DNA of 64,000 nucleotides from the NCBI GenBank assembly GCA_051362555.1, contig CM120640.1, positions 37,033,967 to 37,097,966 on the forward strand, written 5' to 3'. Source of the DNA: Lingula anatina. Taxonomy: Eukaryota > Animalia > Brachiopoda. Below the pieces are notes generated by a model, which saw only the letters and a program-made list of their open reading frames with translations, searched no databases and was not told the DNA's origin. Of the stretch, positions 53,247 through 64,000 are shown in pieces (position 1 is the first letter of the stretch; each line of letters starts with the position of its first letter). Position numbers and translations under genes: made by a program.

Positions 53247-55919
53247 TGCATGTTGCTACAAACATATTATTAAATATTTTATGAATAGATTGCAAGATTG
53301 TTAATTTATACTTTATATTTAAATTTAGTTATTCTTTCAGCGGGTTAGACCTTTAATGTCCAATTTAAAAATACATAATTACAAAGCTTAAAACCATTTC
53401 ATTTTTAAATATCGCCAGGTTTCATAGAAAATCGTCATTCCCAAAATAAAATTACACAATTTTTCCAGATTGAACTTGAACATATTTTATGTAATATTTC
53501 CCCTTTTCCCATTTTAATATTGCTGTACTGTGGATTTTATATCAATATGACAAAAATAAGGAGGGATTATAGCAATATTTATTCGGATTTGATATAAGAT
53601 ATACATGAAATTGAGCATGATATATGTCAACCAAAGACCTTGTTGCTTGCAGGCCCACGTTGCACAGTTTCTCCGTGGGCTTCTGAAATGACAAAATAAC
53701 GCATAGAAATTTTGATTCAACTGACATACTGAGATCATTTTGACTTATTTTAGAGAAGCGCAAAACATCTTATTTGAATATTTTCTTTCAAGAATATATG
53801 AAATAAATTACACATATAAACTTGGATGAAAGTACAATCAAGTTTTAATATACGTAGTTGGTCGTGTAATGGAGGAACAGAATACGGCACACTGGAGTCG
53901 GTAGTCAACCTGCGTAAACTTTCATATGTAAACCATCGCTTTATGAGCAATCGACATGTGCGTGAACGCGTGTTTTATTATATTAAAAACACTTACCTTA
54001 CAAAAAGATCTTTGATAGCATGTCAATCTTTTTAAGCATAAATGGGTTGCCCAAGTGTAATCTGAAACAAGTAAGAGAACTTAAATAGGTATGTGGACCC
54101 TTATTCTTGTAGTAATAATAATAATGATAAAATGATGTATTTTAAAAATAGCTAATTTTGCCAAGTAAATTTAACAATCCATTACAGTACATAAATATAA
54201 ACCAAAAGAAATAGGGGTCATACAAAGATTTCACACGTGCAGAATTTAATATAGCTAGTTTGAAAGATTTCAAGCAAACTTATTTCATCAATGGTCAGCT
54301 GATAGCACCATTTCTCCTGTACTTGTGTAGTCCCAAAGCATTGTAACCAACATATTCTGACATTGTGAGTGACATACAAGTAACGATGAGCATAATATTA
54401 CAAGAAATCGCGCTACTAGTATCTATAATAAATTTTCTACGATTCTGTTGCACTTGTGTTTTCTTGAGGGGGTTATTGAAGAATTAGTGCTACTTACCAT
54501 ATACTTGCTTCTACGTCTTATAAAAGCTTAAACTTGTGAATTCACCACACATAATGTTGCGTCTTCGCTCATCTGTGCCCAACTGCAGAGTGAGTATTCA
54601 GCTTGCACTACGACGGGCAACTTATTGTTATGCAAATTACAACAGATTTGGCCCATTTTGGGTGAGAGGTTTTGGCTAAAACTGCTCACAAATGTTCACT
54701 GTCAAAATATTAACAGTACATATTTAATACAACTGAAGTCCACTTGTTGTTAAAATATACTACTTAAATACAAAAACTACTTTCAAAAACCATAATCGAA
54801 TAAAGCGTTTTTATGACTCTGTCTGTATCTAAAAACCTAAGATCCACAGTATTTTATGTAATTAAGCCAATCAGTAGGAATAGTTTAATATGGGCAGGAC
54901 AAACGGCTCTTTTCTATATAACTGTCGGCTACCCTTGTCATCCCGAGCAAAGTTGTATTGGTCACACATGATTTTTTTTTTTACTTTGATACCATTCTTT
55001 CTAAATATTATGTAGGCTTTAAAAGACAGAGGTTCGTTGAAAGAAACATTTTCAATTAACATTTGGAGTTTTCGTTTTGTATGATTTCCAATGGAGACAA
55101 CAACGATTACGTGGCCATTTTAACATCTTTTCCCGAAAATAATATATTTGAAAATGGTCTTTGCCTATTTCTCCCTCTACCAAATTTTTTCGGGGCTCTT
55201 CAGCGGGCCCCGAACCACTCGTCCGTCATGCTTTTAAATTTGCTCTGTACATGTGACATCGTCCCATATCTACATATGCTCCCAATACTCCGCCTAACCC
55301 TAACCTTTACTTCTTGCTTCATGTCACATTGTGGGACCCCGGACTTCCATTTCAAGGACTACCATTCCTGTCACACATGTTCCACATGGAAAAAAATCCC
55401 ACAATTTGTTTTGGACTTAAATGCATAAATGTTTTTCTCCTTTTGAAAATAATTTTATTTGGCTGTCAGACCTATTTCTTCACATTGACAAATAAATGTT
55501 ATCGTTTAATATTAATTCTTTTGTGTTATCTCCCTTCAAGGCCAGTGGATCTTGTACACACAAGACGCGGACGAGTACCATTTCATAGAAATAAATATAG
55601 ATGAAAACCGCTAATAACCTTTTATTCAAGTTCCTTTTAATCACCAACAGCCCACACCATGTCTGACCAGGTAGACTCCCCGTACGAAGTAGGCCTACTG
55701 AGAGTAGCAATTTTATTTTTAACTTAAAATTTAAGGGCGCAATCCTCTTATTTAAAACGGACTGGTTTATAATCAGTATATTCACCAGCTTTTTATGTAT
55801 TTCAACTCAATGCGAAGAGGAGGCGTGTTAAATTTGTTAATCTGACTTCGTTCAGATATAGTATTTGCAGAGTTGGATCGATCTACGTAGAACGATAGTT
55901 TCATTGATTGGAAGTGAGC

Positions 55920-55985
55920 CCTAAGTGAAAAGTGACAAGTGAAGCACATGCGCAGATAACTACAATCTTAACTTCCGGTCTAGTT
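55920..55985 (+). promoter_or_regulatory. ASCC3 proximal promoter motifs
   Basis: CATGCGCA (NRF1-like), ACTACAA and ACTTCCGGT (ETS-like), followed by a probable non-coding first exon with donor CG|GTGAGT at ~56056. Confidence 0.5.
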
Positions 55986-56447
55986 TCACCATGTGTAGGC
56001 AATGTTGATATCAGCAAGTGGGTGAGAAATTTGCCGGTTTCCATTTTGGATCTACGGTGAGTTTGGCAAGTTTGAGCATATCATTCAGAAATTGTTTGTC
56101 CCTCATTAAACTACTGAGACTTATTTACAGACAGCTGGAGACATTTATAGACACTGATCGGCAAAATCTTCCGAACATTTTCAAGATTGCGTTGTAGATG
56201 CAAATTGTTTGGCAGCTGGTGATTCAATAAACATAATAATGTTCATTTGCACTATCTTCTCCAAACCTTACCAAAGATGTATAATTATGAAATTTGCCTA
56301 CGGGAAGGTCCATTTTGATAACGTGAAGCTTAATTTTCAGTTGCGGTTTATACGCTATGTTATTCCATCAAGCTCATTGATATATCATATGCTACAGTAT
56401 TACCTGTCTCATACGTAATGCTATGATATTAACTTCCTAGTGAAACG

Positions 56448-59400
56448 ATGCCTCTTCCACGGTTGACGGGCGCACTGAGAGCGTTCTCTTCTGTGTCTGC
56501 CCAAGATTCAGACACGGGACAGAATGCCGACTTGTCCTCAGATCTGGCAAGAAGAAGACAGCTGGCAAGAGAGGAGCAAGCTAAAGAGGGGTTGTCCTGG
56601 AAAAAACTGAATCAGCTTATATCCAAGCATGCTAAAGCTGATGAAAAAGATGTTAATGCTCATTTAAAGCAGCTTCTGCAAGCAGCAAAAACCCTGGGTA
56701 GGTATTACGAGACATTTGTGGGCATTTAAGGCATGCGGTCAACTGTGCTAAGAAGTTTTTGTACATACATTTACTAGTAAACACGTTTCCCATATGGTTT
56801 TAGAAGTTTTGTTTTCTTCTCAACTGGTGAACAAACACTAGATTCTTTGATTGATTCAGAATTTTTTCATGAAAATCAATCTTTTTGCAGTTGGCAGTGA
56901 CTCTGATACAGGCACCGTAGAGGGTGCAGCTGCATTTCTTGTGGACACCTTCAAGACCACAAAAACAGTTGGACAAAGGGAAAGCTCAAAATTACGCAGT
57001 TTATTCGGTCACTTTCCTGCAAGTGCAGCGACAAGTGCTTGTGATGCAGTGAGGAAAGTGGTAGACCTTCTCCCAGACTATGGTCTGGAGGAATTAGCAA
57101 CACCCAGCGTCAGTGACAAGAAAGCAACTGTTACAGGGATAGAGGAGTTTGGGAAAAACATTCATTTTAATGCTGACGCACAGCTGGAATCAAGCTTTTC
57201 AGATTCAGAAACAGATGATGAATATGAAGAAGAAGCTAACCATGAGTTCGATCTCAGGTACGGCATGGGAGAGGATGCGTCTCAAGCAGCAGGGTTAAGT
57301 TATGATGGCAACTGGTTACAGATGGAGGTAGCCAAAAGCTTTTCTGAGGACAGTGGGGTGTCAGTCCTTGATATCTGTGCTTCTGTATTTGATATACTTA
57401 GCTCTGCAAGATCTGATGAAGAAATTCAGAATGAGGTAACTGTCAGTAATAAACAATAGCATAGTGTAGTTCATGTCAGTAAAATACAGTTGTTTAGTAT
57501 TAAAAAGGAGAAATTTTCTTGTTTTGTGAAGAAATAGTCATTGGTAAACATTAAAATGTATGATGTGACAATACTTTTTATACTTTAAGTAATGGATTGC
57601 AGCTTCTTTAAATATTAAAACATTGTTATTAAAGTTTTCAATTTTATTTATTTTCAGCTGTTTGAGCTTTTAGGTTTTGACAGATTTGAATTGATTCTGA
57701 AGCTATTAGAGCATAGAAAAGATGTTATTGCAGCAACTTTAAGCACAGGGACAGATTACATGATGGCAAAGAGCACAGGTGGGATAGATGTAGCAAGCAA
57801 TTCTCTTTTTAAGACCAATAATTCAGACTCTCTCCTGTTAAAAAAAAAACATGGACTTTCTCCCCAAATGGTTATTTGCTTAATGAAAGACATTGTGTGT
57901 AAAAAGATGCACATGCATTTTCACTTTAGTTAATATTTACTTTTCAGGAAGAAAGACAGATCCATCTGCAAGGCCTAATTATGGTTGTCAAGTTACTATA
58001 CAGGTAAGTGTATTACCATCACCCTTGAACAGATTCTCATCAAGGACAGTTGAAAATATTTAAAGGATGTAATTTATTAACTTCTTCATAAAACTTACAG
58101 AAAAAAATATTTAATATAAATATAGGGGCAAACATTTATGAACAGATTTTGTATTTATTCATTATTTTTTTAAATTTGCTATCAGTTAAATAAGTGGTGA
58201 ATTAAATATTTTCTGTTTAGTCTGAGGGAGAGAAGCAACTTCGAAAGCAGCTGAGAAGGGAAGAAAAGAAAATGTCGAAGTTGGACAGCAAGAAGTTGCA
58301 AGAAGATGAACCTCTGATGCAAGCCCTGGGGTTTGATCCTGAAATATTGAGAGCACAGAGGTAAACAGCAATGAAAGACTATTATAGGCATTTTCAGATA
58401 TGACAATGCAATCTAATCATGTGACTGACAATGAGGATACTGGAAGCTTATAAATCTGATGTGGTAATTTTGTGTCTTCATGTATGTATTATGGGGTGAC
58501 AGATGGTTAGAGTTAGTTTAAAGGATTATACTTTTCATAGAGGCATTGTGCCTGTGTATGTTGTTTATATTTTCAAATAGATGTCATAAGGGTCATTTAA
58601 AAGGTATGAAACAGTTATATCATTAGTTATTGACTCTCAAGACTAAATGTTGATTTTTTTTTTGTTCAGGGAGCAGGCATTAATTACTGCAGCAACTGCT
58701 CCTCTGTTCTCCCAGAGGTCTTCAAGAGCACCAGAGAGAATTCAATACCCAAATGTTTTTGACAGTTTTGCTGAAGCACAACAATCATCTGCTTTTGTGG
58801 GAGGAAGCAAGGTAATTGATTAAATAGTTTGACTTCATAAGGGTAATTGATATTATGGTTTAACTTGATAGTCATGAGATCTAATTTGGTGTTGGATTAG
58901 TTGTATTATGCATTATGTATTATGCATAATAAGTTAAATTGACTTCAACATCAGTATTGGTTAAGGCGTTGATTAAATGTAACCAGATGACAAGTAAAGG
59001 GACAGACTTTAGAACATAAACTAATTTTGAACAATTTGTTTCCAAAAATTTCTAGTTTGGAATAAACCTTTGTTATCCATATTATAAAGAGATTGCTACC
59101 CACAACCATAAGAATTGGAATAAATGTATTTAAAGTACATATTTAAAACATTTGAGGTTAAATAAGATGTAGATACCTGTGTCTGTGATAGATAAGATCT
59201 CTTATACAGTCATTACTATAATGGTCCTAGAAAAATGTATTTATATTGTTATCATTATTATAGATGCTCCTACCAGAGGGCTTTGAACGAGTCAACTGTA
59301 AGATGTATGAAGAGGTAAACCTTCCAGCTTCTGAGAAAGCTCCAGTGAATGTTGGGTGTCAGCGTGTGCAAATATCTGCTCTTGATGAGGTGAGAAATGA

Positions 59401-61283
59401 CTGTCAAAATCTGTGTAAGAATTTAGGCTTTTTATTTCAGACTGTTGTTGTGGTAGAGCAGTTGGAGAGGTCTTAATTAACTTTAATGTATAACAGTTAT
59501 GGAAATGTCACTGAAAATGTAATAGATACAACAACAAGCATACATATTTAGTTTCTTCAATTATAAGCATGCAATAATAGGCATTATAACACAATAATCT
59601 TGAAAAAATGAACCTTTTCAGATTGCCAGGCTTGCTTTTCAAGGCACAGATTCATTGAATCGAATTCAGTCTGTTGTGTTTGATACTGCATACAAAACCA
59701 ACGAGAATCTTCTGATCTGTGCCCCCACTGGAGCAGGGAAAACTAACATAGCCATGCTGACCATTCTGCATGAAGTGAAGCAGCATATTGACCAGGGGGT
59801 GATAAAAAAGGACGAGTTTAAGGTAAGGGATATCACAGTGTGCAGTTGGTAAGTTTAATCTATACTTGGTTGTTTTGACAAAGAAAAATAAATAATATAA
59901 CAATTTATTTTTTCTTAAAAAATTTATTACTGATTTATGATTTTTTTTCTGAAATTGCCTGCTTACATGATCCAAAGAGAATATTCATATTTAAATGAAA
60001 GATGTAAAGTAATTTTGTTCATTAAAAGGAATTGGAAAGAAAGAGGGAAAATAATTCATGAAAATGCATTTCCATTATAACTATATTCTTATATTTAGAT
60101 GTGCATATTCCTAGTAGGTTGCAATAAGCACTGAGAGTTTACTTTACCACATGCTGTGAACAAAAAAATATTAGCAAAATTTATAATTATTTGCCCTCCA
60201 AGTGGTTTAATAGTGAGATGAAGTAGACCAGTTTCAAAGTTTGTACTTCCTTGAAGGTGGTATATGTGGCCCCCATGAAAGCCCTGGCAGCAGAGATGGT
60301 GCGGAACTTTGGTAAGAGACTGCAACCACTGGGAATAACGGTCAAAGAACTCACTGGGGACATGCAGTTGACCAAGCAAGAGATCATGCAGACACAGGTG
60401 AGAGCTGCAGCAGTCACTGATATTGTATATTTATAAGGGCAGGATTCTTGCTCGATTTTTACATTCCCTTTTTCTTTATGTATAAAGGAGGAGGGATTAG
60501 AAAGAGTTTTGTATGAAATGAAATGATAGGAAATTGGGGAAGTTTAGTGAAGGGGGAAATCTTTTCCTTCTTTTATTAGCATTATTTTAACTAATTCTTT
60601 TTATAGATTGAAATAAATTAAGATGTGACAAGAGAATAGTGTCAAAGATATAGAGAAGATACAAAGGTTTGATATTAGTGCTAAACTTAAAACATGGAAA
60701 TGACCTCATTTCATGGCTGCAATGATTATAAATATTAATATTATTGTTATAATTTGGTATTCAGATGCTGGTAACAACACCAGAGAAATGGGATGTGGTG
60801 ACAAGGAAAAGCACTGGAGATGTGGCCCTGTCACAGCTGGTCAAGTTGCTGATTATTGATGAGGTCCACTTACTTCATGATGACCGAGGGTCGGTCATAG
60901 AAAGCTTGGTGGCCAGGACTCTCAGACAGGTGCTAGTGGTTATGACAAGCTTTTTTCTTTTTTCTTCCTTTCGTGGTACACATTATTTATTTTCTTTACT
61001 GTACATCCTTTTACCCCTTCAAAAATTTTACAATGTGATCCAACACAATTGCAGTGAATTCACACCAGTTCTTGTTATCAGAACAGGATAAATGATGTTC
61101 ATATTATTGATAATTAAGGTTGAGACCACTCAGAACATGATCAGGATAGTAGGTCTGTCTGCTACACTGCCCAATTACCTGGATGTGGCTGTGTTCCTTC
61201 ACGTCAACCCCTACATTGGCCTATTCTTTTTCGATGGGAGATTTCGCCCTGTGCCACTCAGTCAAACATTCATAGGTAGGTTT

Positions 61284-61322
<39 letters not shown>

Positions 61323-64000
61323 ACAGATAATTATGATTACAAAAAGCACAAGCCAAGTATCAATCCTTTATAATGTGTATGTGGTTTATTTTCTTCAAAT
61401 CAATGTGATATTGTATTACTTGTATTGGAGGAGATATATAAACATATGAAACTGACTTTAGCCATTTGAAAATGCATCTATTGCTGATACCCCCATTGGA
61501 TAACCTATCCTTTAATACCTTCAGCTTCTTCTGACTTGGTACCATTATTTTCCAGGTATAAAAAGCACCAACCGCATGCAACAGCTGCAGGACATGAACC
61601 AAGTGTGCTATGATAAGGCACTGGAGATGGTCAGGAAGGGACATCAGGTACTTTTATTTCTTTTATAAACTGAATTAATAGGTAGAAAGTTATTTCAGAA
61701 ATATCTTTGTTTCTTAAAAAGTTTTCTCAAAATTTTTCATTGTTAAGCACTTTGTTATCTACTTTGTTTATTGTTTCCATAGGTAGAAATTTACCTGAAG
61801 CAGCTGCCACAACATTGGATTCCATTCTAGCTGATGTGTTTTTTCTTCCACTTTGTCAATTAGATCCTACATCTTTTATGTATCTTCTTGGCTCCCCCAA
61901 TGTATCTAGGATACTTTACAGCAATATTGTCTGTTTTGGAGCACTATTGGCTCATAGGAATGACTTACAAAAATCTCTTATTGTGGACTCCAATGCCTTG
62001 TTTACAGCTTTGACCTTTTTATTGTCCCTTTTAGGTGATGGTGTTTGTCCATGCCAGGAATGAGACTGTGCGCACAGCTATGTGTCTGAGAGAGATCTCA
62101 AAGAACAATGGAGAAGCTGGCTTCTTTGAGCCCGAGACAGGGCCAGCCTTTGGAGATGCCTTGAAAGCAGTGAGTTTGAAAAGTCACTGGTTTAACAACA
62201 GTAGTTATGGCAGTATAATACATCTTGCAGTATGAAAATGAGTGTAAAGAGTGATGAATCAGTCTTCTTTAATGACATAATGAATCTGTTTTAAAATAGA
62301 CCAGTAATTGTTGTAGTGAACTTCTATGCATTTATCATTAATTGAAGTGAACCTATATTTTTGGTCTGAAAGTGACACCTAACTGACGTTTTTATATAAA
62401 ATGCCCCCTCTCCCCCCAATCTGGATAATTTGATAAAAGGTTGAACTTGTAATTTCTTAACTTCAACTCTGAAAAATTGGGGAGGGTAAAAATAAAATTC
62501 ATTCACACTTCTTCTAAGTATGTTTTTTCCTCCAGATATCAAAATCCAGAAACAAACAGTTAAAAGAACTATTTCCTGATGGCTTTGGCATTCACCATGC
62601 AGGGATGTTGCGCCAAGATCGAAATTTGGTGGAGAAATACTTTGCAGCAGGTCACATGAGAGTGCTGGTGTGCACAGCAACACTGGCCTGGGGTGTCAAC
62701 CTACCTGCTCATGCTGTGGTCATCAAGGTAGGTGTCTTAAAAACTGGGGACTGTAGCACAAAAATGAAACTTTTGAGGCCTATTTCTGATAATAAAATTC
62801 GATAGCCAGCTGCGTAATGTCACTTTTGTGATATTGGTATTAGTGTGATTCATGAGGGATTGTCCTCTAAGAATGTAGCTAATGTGCCTAGATTTGCTAT
62901 TCTCATCTCTGACAGTAAAAAGCCACTGTTCAGACAATCACACTTTGCTGTGTTATTGAAAGATGTAAAAAAATGTTAGCAGCTTGTAAGATTTAACATA
63001 GAAGGTTGTAATTCTTTGCAGAGACTAAGACATTAATTGTTTTGTGAAACAGGTGCATAGGTTGTAAAACCATGCCAACTTACTGCCTTGTGTAGGGAGA
63101 AATTATGAAGAAATGATCTTCCAATAATAACAGTTCTTCAAGTTTAAACACTTTTTAAAGGTCATTAAAGACATCCTCCGGTTTAATGTTTATACTCCAA
63201 AAGATCAGCTAAGGAATGTGACTGGACGTTTATGCATTATGTTTGAACACACAGTAAAAAAAAAAAAATTCCCCTTTGTCTCCAGGGTACTCAAATTTAT
63301 GATGCCAAGAGAGGATCATTTGTAGACCTGGGCATACTGGATGTAATGCAGATATTTGGGCGCGCTGGACGACCCCAGTATGACAAGTCTGGCCATGGCA
63401 CCATCATTACAGCTCATGATAAGCTGTCTCACTATCTATCCCTGATGACGAGACAAAACCCCATAGAAAGCCAGTTCATTGGAAGCCTGACAGATAACCT
63501 CAATGCCGAGGTAAGGGCATATGGCAGTTATCACTTTAGTGGTTATTGATTTTGTTGATGGATTACTTGTAATAGAAAATTAAATTATATGAAAATTGAT
63601 CAGTATTGTCTTTGTGCATACATAACTAGTACCAATCAGAAGAGATTTTTACATTAAGAAAACCTGATTTATTTGTTTATTTATTTTTGAAATATATTGT
63701 GTTGTATTAACATTGACATCTGATATTTAGTTTTACTTCAGTGTTATTAATTTTGTAGGGTTATATAATTTAACTTGTAAACATGGTATTTGAAAATCTT
63801 TCCTGTTTGTTAGAACTGTATTTTAGGGTTACGTAAACAGGCACATGTCTAAACATGTAACATGTTTTGTTGCATAGGTTACTTGCTGGAATTTTTTTAA
63901 TTTTTATTCCATTAATTGGTTGTTCATAAATTCTACACGTTAATCTAGATTCTAATTATTTTTTACTACAGATTTCTCTTGGCACTGTCACAAATGTGGA
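56448..64000 (+). CDS. ASCC3: Activating signal cointegrator 1 complex subunit 3 (Ski2-like helicase), 5' part, continues beyond the window
   Basis: [15 protein letters not shown]-terminus. Exons 56448-56697, 56891-57435 through to 63286-63510 and 63972 onward. Helicase motifs [90 protein letters not shown]. Confidence 0.96.

Noticed and set aside
54487-54515. U1/U6 snRNA-like 5' end (tacttacc...tacttgcttc)
   Set aside because: It is the reverse complement of a splice donor, and no U1 or U6 body follows.
50122-55961. CGCAGATAACT direct repeat as the TSD of a 5.8-kb transposon
   Set aside because: No terminal inverted repeats inside the direct repeats and no transposase ORF. Kept only as a shared promoter motif.
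62251-62370. C/D snoRNA candidate (GTGATGA...CTGA) in an ASCC3 intron
   Set aside because: No convincing terminal stem or antisense element; these motifs are common by chance.

Overview
AT-rich, intron-containing animal genomic DNA. It looks like an invertebrate, possibly lophotrochozoan; that placement is inference. I rebuilt spliced genes by hand from GT-AG boundaries and phase continuity. In order they are: the 3' end of an unidentified gene (+), ETFBKMT/METTL20 (-), SWAP70/DEF6-like (+), an unannotated 8-exon gene (-), BTBD1/2 (+), SMPD4 (+), SART3 (-) and the 5' part of ASCC3 (+). The window also holds MITE-like inverted-repeat elements, a 34-bp minisatellite and microsatellites. The most interesting item is the minus-strand gene at 19981-23321, head-to-head with BTBD2 and barely visible in the ORF track. 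It splices into an open ORF of about 340 aa: a Cys/His N-terminus, an array of tandemly duplicated phase-0 mini-exons ending in EHxY-like motifs, a coiled coil and a transposase-like C-terminal segment. Other notable items are a U12-type intron and candidate cassette exons in SMPD4, a possible second PH-domain cassette in a SWAP70 intron, triplicated splice donors and intronic hairpins in SART3, a uORF overlapping the ETFBKMT start, and an inverted pair of octamer/first-exon modules between SART3 and ASCC3. No searches were run; gene names come from recalled protein motifs.
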